Part shown: positions 35,251-47,659 of the stretch, one piece after another
Numbering within the stretch: position 1 is the first letter of the stretch
Layout: every line of letters starts with the position of its first letter
Origin: Octopus bimaculoides
Taxonomy: Eukaryota
DNA: 59,303 nt
Assembly (NCBI RefSeq): GCF_001194135.2
Contig: NC_068981.1
Location: forward strand, 114,533,094-114,592,396
Reading direction: 5' to 3'
Made by a program: the position numbers and the translations under genes
The notes under the pieces: generated by a model
Told to the model about the DNA's origin: nothing
Databases searched by the model: none
The model's input: only the letters and a program-made list of their open reading frames with translations

Positions 35251-36359
35251 GTAAGCAATTTACATCTATTATTTCTCCTTTTATTCTATTCATGTTACAC
35301 ATGTTGTTGCAGAAATACTTCCTGCTTAAGTTTTTCTACTACAGACTTTGAATTCAGCTTTGCACATCAATTATGAACTGTAACTCTCAGTGCTATATAT
35401 TTTAGTATGAAGAAAGAGTAGATAATGCAGAAGTATTAGTCGTTTTTGCATTAGTTTTGGCAGCATCTCACATAATGAGGTGGAAGCAAGTTGTCTTGCC
35501 TGCCAGTGGCTGCTGCTCTATTTCTTGTACAGATTGTATTTGGTTTCATTTCAGACTAATTTTGCTGAAATCTTAAGCCCAATGACTTAGTTTTCCTTAC
35601 AACCCCATAAACCCAAATGATAGAATAAGCTATTTGCTACCAAAAATGTTTATTTCTTCTGCTAAAAACAGCTTCTACTACTTTAGTTTATCAATATTTC
35701 TATACAATTCTCAGCAGTAATTATGGTATGTCTTTTCTTTGATTTTTGTGTAGGTTTCAAAAGCTCAGTTATATTTACATGGTGTCATGTTTACATGTCT
35801 CTTCTTTAATTTTGTTTTCACTACTAGAATTTGATTAAAAACATGACATATCTTTGTAAGTAAACTTTAGATAAATTCAAATATATTTGAGCCATATTTC
35901 ATTATGTAAAGCCTTTTTCACTCTATTTTATTGTGAAGAAGAAATTCTTGCTTTAGGTAAAAGAGTATAAAAACATTGTCAGCTTAGGACACCCTCTGTG
36001 AACTGGTAAATGCATTTTTAGCATGTTAGCTGTTTTCAGTCCAGATACTGAGAAATGCAACTCTGAGCTGACTGGAAAGCTTTAGCTTTTTAAAACTTTC
36101 GTAAATTGTGTGCATAGCCTGCCAGGCTGTAACTAATATGTAAGTAGTTGTGCAGAGAAGTGATTGAAAGTGATCAAACTTAAGATCAGTTCACATGTTT
36201 TGGACATATTTCAACTTGTAAAGACTTTTGAACTCATCTTGAGTTTGTTTCTTCTCGTGTGGAGGTTGATCTAGTGCTTTCCTATCTCTGCTAATAAACA
36301 GTTCTTACAACAGAATTATTTTACTATTTCATGATTATATATTTGTTTTTCATTCACAG

Positions 36360-36479
36360 GTGGGGCAGATGGTACATGCTATCAAAATGGGTTGGCTAAA
36401 GCCTAAGCCACCTCGGAAAGATCCAGATGATGAGGAATTAAATCGAACATTTTACATGATGTGGAAGGAGAATGAAGAA
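36360..36479 (+). CDS. BOP1: BOP1 exon 7
   Basis: VGQMVHAIKMGWLKPK...FYMMWKENEE; cacag / GTAAAT. Confidence 0.97.
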
Positions 36480-36701
36480 GTAAATTCCACTATTTACATC
36501 TAATTTATGTGATCTGTTATGAGGTTTTTCTTTATTTATATGGATATATCTCATCTTGCATAAAGTATTTTATGTAGTTTTGGTGGTTGTTAACAGATAA
36601 CACTGATTAATAACTGTCTTTTATATCTTTAAGAAACAATGAGTGGGTGGCTAATTGCTGGAGTCTGCTGATGATTTTGTTGTTATTTTTATGTCTTTTA
36701 G

Positions 36702-36974
36702 CAAGAGCTAAACAAACGTTTCAGACATCACATTGCTGCCCCCAAGCTGGCATTACCTGGTCATGCAGAGTCTTATAATCCACCTCCTGAGTATATCTTA
36801 ACACCAGAGGAAGAGGAAGCATGGAGAGCTAAGGAACCATACGAAAGGCGAATGAAGCTTCTTCCTCAGAAGTACACTTCACTGCGTTTGTTACCAGGTT
36901 ACTCTCGATTTATTGAAGAACGGTTTGAAAGATGCCTTGATCTCTATTTGTGTCCCAGGAAGAAGATTATGAAG
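36702..36974 (+). CDS. BOP1: BOP1 exon 8
   Basis: HIAAPKLALPGHAESYNPPPEY...FIEERFERCLDLYLCPRKKIMK; ttttag / GTAAAA. Confidence 0.98.
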
Positions 36975-37146
36975 GTAAAATTTGTGTCAAGTAACATAAT
37001 GTTATTCTATTACATTATTCTCTCAAAGTTGTGAATTCGTAAAATCATTAAAAATACCTAGTAGGTTCCTTATTCTTTAATGTCTTGTTAACATCATTAA
37101 AGCGTTTATGATTATATTGGTTTATTTTTGTAATTTCTTTTCACAG

Positions 37147-37230
37147 GTAAAAGATTTGGATCCACAAGATCTTCTACCAACTTTACCAAAACCCAAAGAT
37201 TTACAGCCTTTTCCTACTGTTCAATCAGTG
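37147..37230 (+). CDS. BOP1: BOP1 exon 9
   Basis: VKDLDPQDLLPTLPKPKDLQPFPTVQSV; cacag / GTGAGT. Confidence 0.97.
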
Positions 37231-38550
37231 GTGAGTTTGATGTTTAACATTGTACATGTCTTTTTATCGTTTTGTGCCTGTCTATAACAATCTTCCCTTT
37301 TTTAAGATACTAGATTTTATCCTACCTTTTTTTTTTTAAGTGTTGAGATATTTCTTCTGCATAATATTGGGAAATGTATGGCAAAGTATAGTAGTTGTTA
37401 GAAAAGATAAATGTTGGGAATTCTCATCATATTGCCATGATTATCATCTTTGCACATACTTAAATTGGAAATGACGCTTGTATGAAATTAATTTGTCTGT
37501 CGTGGGTATCGCAAACAAATTATTTCATCCAAACAACACAAACTAGACTTTAGTATGGTCTGCTCTTCTACAACTAACCTTAATCCACATCAAGTTGTTG
37601 GCTACATGAAATTGGTTGATGAAATGCTTATTAGCAGTTGACCAGGTACTTAGAAAAAGATCACAATTGTTTGGGTTATTTGTATTATTATCCATATCAT
37701 TATTACTTTCCTTGGCATCTTTATCTATTTCTCTCTCCATCATCTATTGATCCTCACCTAGCACTAAGGTCTATTGGATTTACTTGTGAATATCTATTAA
37801 AATGACATTTGACAGTAAAAGTGAGTCTTATTCCTCAAGGGACAGAATTGACTCTTATCTTCATTTTGTGGAATTAAGCAGCTTCTCTGAGACTATCCCA
37901 CACTCAACTATACTCACTGGAGAAATTGAACTCAAAACTTTCAGCTAATGAAATATGCAGCAATTTTAGAATAATGCCTTCTCAAATGCTAGCTGCATAT
38001 TAATTTTGTAGATTGATGATTGCACTCAAAATGTGAGTTCCATGAGTTTGCAGTTCTAAGAAGCCTATTTTGTAAGGGTAATGAAAAGTGGGTTTGGGTG
38101 GTCTGTAGCTTGATAGTTTGGATGGGCAGACACTGTTGTAATGAGAATTCTGAGTGATTGCTATTGACTTGACTGAAATGAGTCAAAAGTTTGTGCATAT
38201 GCAGCCAGAAAGATGGCTAGTGTTTAGCTCCAGGTACCCTTGATTGAGCAGAGTGATTATAAGCATTCTAATCATGACCATCACTTTGTATTTGTTAGTG
38301 ATTGTTTGAAATGTATGCCCATGTGGTAGATTCTTGTTGACATTTTCCTTTCATACATGTTTTAATAGCTGTTAGCTGAAAGCGAATTGTGAAGTGAACA
38401 TTCCTATCATTTACCATATAATAGTGGTCAAACTGATTATTGGAGATGATAACGTTTGTTTTTGTTGTTTTTATGATCATGAAAGACTTTGTTATTGTCA
38501 TCTTATTCATTAGATGTAAGCTCATAAAATATATTTTGATCCATTTCTAG

Positions 38551-38620
38551 GTTTACAAAGGTCACAAGAATATGGTACGATGTATATCTGTTCATCCAAA
38601 AGGACAGTGGCTGGCATCTG
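38551..38620 (+). CDS. BOP1: BOP1 exon 10 (WD40 start)
   Basis: [23 protein letters not shown](G); ttctag / GTAAGT, phase 1. Confidence 0.97.
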
Positions 38621-38664
38621 GTAAGTCAAACATTTTCCACAGCCAGAACCTCTAATTTGTTTAT

Positions 38665-41505
38665 ATCATCATTATCATCATTTAACATCTCCTTTCCATG
38701 CTGGTATGAGTTGGACGGTTTGACTGAGAATTGGTAAGCCAGGAGGTAGCACCAGGCTCCAATCTGATTTGGCAGGGTTTCTACAGCTGGATGCCCTTCC
38801 TAATGACAACCACTCAGAGTATGTAGCGGGTGCTTTTTACGTGTTACCGGCACAGGTGCCAGTCAAGCAGCACTNNNNNNNNNNAACCACACTCAAACGG
38901 TGCTTTTTTATGTGCCACTGGCATTGGCCATGCTTGAATGGTGCTCTTTATGTGCCACCAGCACAGGTGCCAGTCAGGCCACACTGGCATCAGCCGCAAC
39001 TATGATTTTACTTGGTTCAACAGGTCTTCACAAGCACAGCATGTCACCCAACAATTGAAGGATGCTTTTAAACAGGCCAGTTATGCAACACAGGCATTGG
39101 TCGATCTCACTTGGCTTGCTGGCACTTCTCATGTTTCCAAAGGTCTCGGCTGCTTGTCATTGCCTCTGAGGCCCAATGTTTGAAGTTCGTGCTTCACCAC
39201 CTCATCCCATGCCTTCCTGGGTCTACCTCTTTCACAGTTTCCCTCCACTGTTTGGGTGTGACACTTCTTCACATAGCTGTCCTCATCCATAAGCATCACA
39301 TGTCCAAACCAGCGCAGTAATCTCTCTTGCACACCACATATGATGCTTCTTATGTCCAACTTTTCTCTCAGAATGCTTACACTCTGTCATGCATGCACAG
39401 TGACTGATTTGGTCACCTAGGTAACGGAAGCTATCAACTACTTCTAGTTTTTCCTCTTGGCTTGTAATGGGATCTGTTTTCTGTACATTTTCGGTGTTTC
39501 TTGAACCTATGTATCTTCCACACACAAAAACTATTTTTCCAGTTAAGCTTCCTTTGATATTGCTCTTATGTGTTCAAAGTTTACACTGGGTACATCTTAT
39601 ATAGTTTCTACCTACTCCTTTTCTACAGATTGAGCAGAGCCATCTACCTGAAGGGATTTGTGGTTTGTCTGCCTTCCTACTTGCTAAGACTTTGGTTTCT
39701 GCTAATTTAACTCTTAGGGCCTTCGATTCTAGACCTTATTTCCACACCTGAAACTACTTCTCTAGTTCTGGTAGTGACTCAGCTATTAGAGGAAGGTTAT
39801 CAGCATAGAGGAGCTCCCAGGAGCAGCCTGTCTTGAATTCCTTTGCTATTGGTTGGAGGGCTATGATGAACAAGCGTGGGCTGAGGACTGATCCTAGGGG
39901 AACCCCTATTTATACCCTGAATTCTTCCCTATACTCATTGCCAACCTTCACCTTACTGACAGCATCCCTCTACATGGCTTCTACAGCTCTCACCAACCAT
40001 TCATCTATCCCTACTTTCTGCATTGACCACTAGATAAAGGATCGGGGGACTCTGTCAAAGGCTTTCTCGATGTCAACAAAAGCCAAGTACAGAGGTTTGT
40101 CTTTGGCTAGGTATTTCTCCTGCAGCTGTCTTATCAGAAATATAGCATCAGTAGTGCTTCTCCCTAGCACATACCCAAACTGCATTGCATCTAAACTAAC
40201 TCTCTACCTAATTAGTTGGACTATGACCCTCTCCATGACTTTCATCACCTGATCCAACAATTTGATACCTCTGTAATTATTTCTATCTAAGGTGTCACCT
40301 TTACCTTTGTAGTAGTTGACTATGGTGCTGCTACACCAGTCATTTGGTATGACTTCTTTGTGTATCTCCTGGTTAGCTAGCCAAATCTTTTAAGCATCTC
40401 AGCAGTGATTTTTGATGGGCCGGGGTCTTTTCCTGTCTTCATACCCTTAATTGCTTTATCTACCAAGATACTGTCAATTTGGATAGTTGCGTTGGCATTC
40501 AGCAGACTCTCTTTCTCCTATTCATTCTCTTCATTTAGCAACCTTTCATAGTGGTGTCTCCAAGTCTCTCTCTTTGCAGCATCATTAAATGCAAGTGAAC
40601 CGTCATCCATGCTGACACATTTCTCTCCTATGACATCACAATTTTTTCTCACACACTGTCTTGCAAATCAAAACACTTCAAGTCTCTGGTCCTCACAACA
40701 CAGAACATTGGCAAATTTCTTCTTATCTGCTTCTCCTCTGGCTAAGTAAATCTGTCTCCTAGCCTCCCTTCTGGCTATCTGATACAGTTCCCTGCTACCA
40801 CCACACTTCCAGTCCTTTCATGCCAATTTCTTTCCCCTAATGGCCCTGTCAACTACATTGTTCCACTACCATGTCACCATAGGTTGAGAGGAGACTTTGC
40901 ACCAGCCATTGATCTGGTCAGTAGCCCTCAACAGATTGTCCAGTACGAACCTCCATTTGTCCTCCACATTATGTGATGCTATATCCTTCTCTTTTTTGTC
41001 AAAAGCTTCAAGTAATATGTCTCTAAAGCTTTGTCCATTCAGAGGATCCTTAAGCTTTCAGACCCTTCCTTTCCACACTGGTCATCTTCTAGGCAGCCAT
41101 TTAGCCCTGATCCTGAAGTCGCTAACTATTAACCCATTTTGTGGGGTGCATTCTTCACCTGGGAAAGTTTTAGCATTTATAAGTAGCCATCTTTCTCGTC
41201 TCCTGGCAAGGGTGTAGTCAATCTGACTAGTGTACCCACCAGACTAGTAGGTGAGCAGGTGACTGTCAAGTTTCCTGAAGTTAGTATTACAGATCATAAG
41301 ATCATTTCTATCACAACTCCTGCAGCCTGGTTCCATCCTCATTGCAGAAACCAAATCCGTTGCTACCTCGCACACCATGAAAGCTCCCTGGATGTTGTCC
41401 AACATGCTCATTGAAGTTGCCAACCACAAAGAGAAGGTCTTTGTCATTCGTCGACGAGGATGTCATACAATTGGTCTTTCTGTTCATCAGGTAGCCCTGG
41501 CTGAG
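38665..41505 (-). mobile_element. Near full-length decayed RTE LINE (endonuclease C-terminal part, RT, 3' UTR)
   Basis: GNFNEHVG..GFGFCNEDGTRL..NTNFRK (APE domain); LYADNL (~39795-39815); LRWFGHVMLMDEDSYVKKC..GRPRKAW; (cat)n tail. Confidence 0.92.
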
Positions 41506-41554
41506 GAGCATAGGCCAAGATATATATATATATATATATAGTGGAGCACTAACA

Positions 41555-41670
41555 GCACTGTCGAGCGTGTTCATTGCCAGAGCAGCTATCTGGCTTGCCA
41601 GTCCCCAGTCAAATCGTCCAACCCATGCTAGCATGGAAAGCGGACGTTAAACAATGATGATGATGATGAT
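41555..41670 (+). mobile_element. 5'-truncated RTE tail / SINE
   Basis: gtcaaatcgtccaacccatgctagcatggaaagcggacgttaaacaatgatgatgatgat. Confidence 0.8.
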
Positions 41671-41724
41671 ATATGTATATGTATATGAATGGAGTTGAAC
41701 GCAGATGTTATTCCAATTCTTTTA

Positions 41725-41810
41725 CTTTCGACGTATGTTTCGAAGACAACATTGGTTTTATTCCAAAGGAATAAAAGGTGTAAAATAATGTAATCTTCTC
41801 ATCAGGAAAG
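41725..41810 (-). ncRNA. Type I hammerhead ribozyme (Penelope-type, extended stem II)
   Basis: Minus strand CTTTC-CTGATGA-GAAGAT...GTCTTC-GAAAC-ATAC-GTC-GAAAG: stems I, II and III pair and all core nucleotides are present. Confidence 0.8.
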
Positions 41811-42116
41811 AAAGAGAACCAATCTTAACAACAAGACATTATAACAATTTTGATGACTACATTAATGATAAACAGAATGCTATTAAGTATTTTTAAAATA
41901 ACCGTTAGTAGATCTGATGTCAAAGGTAGACCATAGGAAGAGAAGATCTTATGTCATCTTGTATGATGGGACAAACATGGTGGTAAAATTTTCTGAGAAT
42001 TATGACCACAAGTTAGATAATCTGAAAGAAAATAGTACAAATTAGACAAAGAGATATCTTAAAACTGTAAGAAGAGGTTAAAAAATTGATAAATTTGCTC
42101 TGGAACATTTTTCTTG

Positions 42117-42148
42117 AAAACGGACATTACTTTTGCACTAACCTGATA
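42117..42148 (-). mobile_element. Isolated mariner-type TIR
   Basis: Reverse complement TATCAGGTTAGTGCAAAAGTAATGTCCGTTTT resembles the Hsmar1-type TIR TTAGGTTGGTGCAAAAGTAATTGCGGTT. Confidence 0.7.
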
Positions 42149-42541
42149 TTACCTTGATGAATTACACACATGCTGTTGGCGATGTCTTTTCCTTCTTTGG
42201 ACTTTTCGCTTTCTCCTTTCCAACGAAGAGCTATGTTCAAAATGTCAAGCTCTCTCTTTTTATCAAGCCTCAGGCTAATACCTTTCTTGTGCATGTCCTC
42301 TTGTTGTCCATTAATTTTATTATTTATTTATTTGAATTGACTATTTACTGCACACCCACACAGACCGTCTACGTCCTTCCAACTGATTTGGAGTGCCCGA
42401 TTCATGGATTTTCTATTTTTTTCCCTTGGATTGTTACCTTTAAATTCCTTCAGAGTATGTTGTTTCTGCACCTTTAATTTTACATATATAGATATATATA
42501 TACACACACAATGTACACATTTATTTATTTATTTATGATAG

Positions 42542-42674
42542 GTTCTGATGATTGCACTATCAAAATTTGGGAAGTATCAACAGGCCGCTGCTTCAAGACA
42601 ATTTCTGTTGAAGGCACAGTTAAGAGTATTGCTTGGAACCCAAACCCATCACTGTGTCTTTTAGTTGCTGTTGT
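42542..42674 (+). CDS. BOP1: BOP1 exon 11
   Basis: (G)[43 protein letters not shown](V); atag / GTAAGA. Confidence 0.97.
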
Positions 42675-43596
42675 GTAAGATTTCTTTATTTATTTTAAAG
42701 TATAAATCCTCAGTCAATAGAAAAATAAAATCTTTAAAAATAATGAAGAATAATTTCTCCTCCAACTGGAGCATCATTACTGTCAGTTTCTTCCTTTGTT
42801 AGGAATTTTGGAATGGGTAACATTTTTTTAGCTATACCAAACTACAGTACTGGTTTATTTTTTTTATTTAATTGGCCCAAAGGCCCTGTAATGCAAGAGA
42901 TAGAAGAGAGTAATGATTTTAATCAGAGAATAGAGTTAATTATCTGATGAGTTGTTTGAATTAGTTTAAAGGTAGAATATTTAATCCATTTCTTAAATCA
43001 AGTGTTTTAAACAGGCAGGACCATGTGGCTCTTCTTGAAAGTTTTCTTATACTTTACAGAGGTTTATCATAAAATGAAGAGCCAATTTATGTGTTTAGCT
43101 GTATAGTATTTCTCTAATACTATATAGAAAATCAAAAGAGCCCTGCAATAAAAAAGGATGCAAACTTTTTCAAGTATATACATTATAATGTGTAAGAGTT
43201 ATAACCCAAGCTGTGTTCTCATGAAACATGAGGATGCATTTATTTTAAATGAGAAAAATCATACATACTAGTTGAAAGTCCTGGTGAATTATATCTAGAG
43301 TAAATTTATATTGATACAAGAACTGGAAAATTTGGTACATTTCTAATTTCATGGTATATGTTTTTCATTTATAATTAATATTCATGTTTATAAATAAATT
43401 CATAATAGATATATTCATGTAGAAAACATGCCCTCGGCAAAGGTACAAAAATATGTTATTACTTAGAAGGAATTGATATTGAATAATTTTCTGTGTAATC
43501 TAATGTAAACTTGAATATGTCTAACAAACCTACGAGTTCTATTTTTACATCCTACATCTAAATAAGTTTTTCTCTTCTTACCCCACCTCTCACGTG

Positions 43597-43633
<37 letters not shown>

Positions 43634-43882
43634 TGTTTCATTATCTTTTCTTCCTCTCTACTCTTTTTCTCCCTCTATATCTCTGTACTCCTAAGAAATT
43701 TTAAAAACTATAAATAGTAATTCCTTCCAAGTAAATAACATTTTTGCATATTGGGAAGTCTCGGCTCACTGAAATGTCTACAGTTTTCAAATGAATAAAT
43801 AAGCATGTAAAATAAAGGTTTTAATCGAGAAAAAAAAACGATGAGGAAGTAATTAACATAATTATTGTCTTTCATATTACAG

Positions 43883-44007
43883 TAACTGGTCTGTGGTTAT
43901 TCTTAATCCTGGTGTTGTAGATAAACTGATTGTATCTGGCACAGATGAGCTGTTAAAATCTTTTGTTACCACAGAAACAATCACTGAAGATGGAGAAAAT
44001 GTAGAAA
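43883..44007 (+). CDS. BOP1: BOP1 exon 12
   Basis: NWSVVILNPGVVDKLIVSGTDELLKSF...; ttacag / GTAAGA; phases 2 and 1 fit both neighbours. Confidence 0.93.
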
Positions 44008-44353
44008 GTAAGAAGACTGTTTTTAACATATTTGTCCGTAATCATTTAATTCAATACAGAATACAAGTGGCTGATCAGATGGGGTACAAAGCAGCCTGCT
44101 TAGTACTCCATCTAATCATATCATTTTGTTAGGTGTGAACTTTTCATAGAGAAGACATGCCATTAGGTATAATAGATACAACAGAGTACATTTGATTACA
44201 TGTTAATATGAGTATTTTGTTAGCTTACAGTCATGAAGTGGGATGGACTGTGTAAAGCTGATTTGTTCTAAATCCAGAAATTTTATAGCTATTTCATGAT
44301 TTGTTAATTTCTTTGTTTATATTAGATACTTTAATATAGTTTGTTATTTTCAG

Positions 44354-44436
44354 AAAACACTAAGTTTGTTATGTGGGAATCATTTGAAGGTAAAATGTAT
44401 GATGCTGGACTTCGACTGAAAATTGTTCATCCACAG
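44354..44436 (+). CDS. BOP1: BOP1 exon 13
   Basis: (K)NTKFVMWESFEGKMYDAGLRLKIVHPQ (human GLRLRICH); tttcag / GTTTGT. Confidence 0.92.
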
Positions 44437-45165
44437 GTTTGTTTCTGATCTCTCATTTATTTACATATAGTTCCATATTCATTCTTGTAGGGATTTAGTT
44501 TAAGTACAATAAACTACCAAAACTAATGTCTATTTCTTGAAGATTTGGCCTCTAGTTTAATGTCTTTACTTTTTCAGTTGTTTTTGTTAGATAAGTAGGA
44601 AGTAAATATGATTTAAAAGAAGCAAAAAATGATATGTGCTAAATGTAACAATGTATTGCTTGAAGAAATGTTTTAATTATACTGCTTCCAAGGAAATTCT
44701 CAGAGTAATAAATTACACATCAAATATGTGCTCTTAATTTAGGTTTTGGTCTCCAACAGTCCTTGAGGACAAGATTAATTTTGCTTAATAAGAGAAATGG
44801 ATTACATCACATGCTCTGTGGTGCGATGTATAATCAAACTGATACATTGTTTGAGGCCTAGAAACATTTGAGAAATGGGAGGATAGTAGAGAAAAATGTT
44901 TCTTAATGTTCCTAAGAACTTAATGCTTCCAAGCTCCTGGCCATTATCAAGCACTGACAGGTATAATTTCTTGTCTGCTGGGAAGTAAACTTCAGACATG
45001 TAGAACTTAATATTTAATGTTTAAAAGGGATACATGGGAAGGAATAGTTACCTAAATTTAAGTAGTCAGTGAACTAAATTATTTTGTGATAGTTTATAAG
45101 AAGCTGTTGGAATAGTGAAAGAAAAGATATCTGAAACAGAATTGCTTTTGGTTTTTATTTCATAG

Positions 45166-45276
45166 GAAGTAAACCATGTGTCATGGCATGCCAAAGGTGA
45201 CTATTTTACATCTGTGATGCCATCAGCCCATAGCATGGCTGTTTTAATTCATCAGTTGACAAAAAGAAGGTCACAG
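45166..45276 (+). CDS. BOP1: BOP1 exon 14
   Basis: EVNHVSWHAKGDYFTSV...VLIHQLTKRRSQ; catag / GTCAGT. Confidence 0.97.
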
Positions 45277-46066
45277 GTCAGTAATATGCATTTACTTCTT
45301 TTTTATTTTGTCTGTTTGTTAAGGTTTAAACATGATACAACTTTCAAGAATTGGTTTGTGCTTAGTCCATGATCTGGTTTTGATTTGCCATTTCACTTCA
45401 TTGTTAACAGTCATGGAAGGGTATGAATGTCAAGCAATCTCCTTTTCCTTCTATAAATATGAAGCCTTGAAACTACTTATGTAACAAAATCAACACAAAT
45501 TTCCTTTGACTTAAACCAATGCTAGTGAGTGATGTGTTGTTTCTGTAAATTCTAAATTCTCTAAAGCAGTTTTTCTCATCCAACTTCAAACTGCTTAACT
45601 TTTCTTAAGTTACTTATGTTGAATTTACTTAATTACTACTGTGTAGTAAGTTCAATTGCAATTGAAGTCAACTTTTCTTTCCGTCTCACCAAAGTTAGTA
45701 AAATAAGTGTATGTAATGGGGGTGTAGGGGTGGCTTCATTGCCTATCTTTAGCCGGAGTTTCAAATTATATTGTAGAAGAATGATAAATCTCCTGTTGAA
45801 TACAATGCCAATCTATCACATATAAAAATCTCAGACAAGTGCACTGTATTTGCATAGAGTAACAGTTTCAAACCAGAACTAAAAAGATCAGGTTTGAACT
45901 CCAGATCTATGAGAAAATTTTTGCTTTATCCACTTGTTCCTGTTGCCTCTGCAGTCATATACTGGATATAATTTCATGCGGTATACTACTGCATAAAATC
46001 AGGATCGTTATTATGAGAAGTGTAGACGCAGTTACCTCACCTGACGGTAGCTGCCTAAATAGCTCG

Positions 46067-46080
46067 CCACTAGATGGCAC
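46067..46080 (+). promoter_or_regulatory. CTCF core motif match
   Basis: CCACTAGATGGCAC matches consensus CCASYAGRKGGCRS; binding is not shown. Confidence 0.55.
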
Positions 46081-46122
46081 CACATCATCGTTTAACGTCC
46101 GCTTTCCATGCTAGCATGGGTT
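46081..46122 (-). mobile_element. 42-bp 5'-truncated RTE-tail insertion with 7-bp TSD
   Basis: Terminal tail sequence flanked by ATGGCAC at 46074-46080 and 46123-46129. Confidence 0.75.
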
Positions 46123-46790
46123 ATGGCACATATAACTCTAAGGTTCCAGCACTCAGTCCTTTCTCTTTGTCATCGCAACAGCAGCGTGTGAGGATGTGAC
46201 CTTGTTAGCTCTTGCATAACGCGCACAACAGCTAACAGACATTGAGCAGCTATGAGGTAGAATACACAGAAGCTGAACATGGCCTTCACTTGTAAACACC
46301 TTCCATGATTATTCAACTTTTATATATTTGTGACCTAGAGTAAAAGTATTAGGAAGGGCATCCAAGCATAAAACCATGCCAAAGTAGACCTTGCCAGTGT
46401 TGGTACCATATAAAAAGCAGCCAGTCCACTCTGTGTTCGTATTAGGAAGGGCATCCAACTGTAAAAACCATGCCAAAGCAGACAGTGGAGATTGGTTCTG
46501 TTCTCAGGCTTACCCGCTCCTGTCAAACTGTCACATACACAATGTATTTTTTATAATTTAAGGCTGTAAGTTGTTATTTGAGGGACAGGAGTAACTGTCC
46601 AGAGTCTGTCCCTTGTTGGGTTGAAATAAACATATTTGTTTAAACTTAGATCAATATTGATTGGATAGAACTATGATGAAAACCACCTTTTTTGTGCATG
46701 GTTGTATCGGGAACTAAAGAGTTACGTAGTTTAATTTATCATAATAAAGTTTATTACTGTTGTTTTTACTAATTATTTTTTCTTTAACAG

Positions 46791-46865
46791 AATCCATTTT
46801 CAAAGTCAAAAGGCATAGTCCAGCGTGTACTTTTCCATCCTGTAAAACCCCTGTTATTTGTTGCA
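46791..46865 (+). CDS. BOP1: BOP1 exon 15
   Basis: NPFSKSKGIVQRVLFHPVKPLLFVA; taacag / GTAAGT. Confidence 0.97.
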
Positions 46866-47659
46866 GTAAGTATCACATTTAAATTCTGTTTGTAGCCCAT
46901 CCAAACATTTTCAGAACCAGAAATATTAATCATTGAGTGATCACTTCAGTTGATATTTAGATAATTATTTCTATACCCACAGGGAGTGGTCATCCGAGTA
47001 CTGCAAACTGATGAAGACAACAAGATATTGCTATGGACTCGCCCAACCTGCTAAAAATAGCAACCAAATCACATCCTATTATCTTAAAAAAAAAAAGAAT
47101 AAAGGAAAGATGCATCAAATTATGTAGTCTAAAACATCCCCTAAAAAGACAATTAAATGGAGTAGTCCATTTGTGACTGATCTTAACATAGTCCTAGTTA
47201 TCTGATATGATTTTGTCCACTACTGAATTGTTGTTTTATCATCCATAGTCTTTCACTGAATTTTGCATTTGAATGAGCCAGTGATATATTGTGATTTCTG
47301 TGGCATTAATCAGAAGAGACAAATCTTTCCTTGGTTAGTGTACAAGTTCTTGCTAGTGGCTATGACAATTTCAGTGAGTACTGCCATTGTTTACAGCAAT
47401 GGATCGTTGAGCAGGGAGATTGTCAGATGGATGTTTTATTATCCTCTTTAGCTAAACTTCATCTGATATGTACCATTTATCCAGCAATTGAAAAAATAGA
47501 AGTGAGATGCCATTACTGAGTGACTAAGAATACTGCTATGGATAAAGGGGAGTGATTAATGAGTAAAGGAGGCTGAGAAGGATGGGATAACCTGTGCAAA
47601 GATGACTAGTGTTCGAGTTGTACTTTCAGTTTTGAAATTTTGTTAAGCAAGATACTTAA

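Noticed and set aside
46123-46533. Local inversion hypothesis: the tail fragment ending at ~46533 stops almost exactly where the inverted 42-bp piece begins
   Set aside because: The two pieces differ in divergence and apparent subfamily, and the 7-bp TSD explains the small piece more simply
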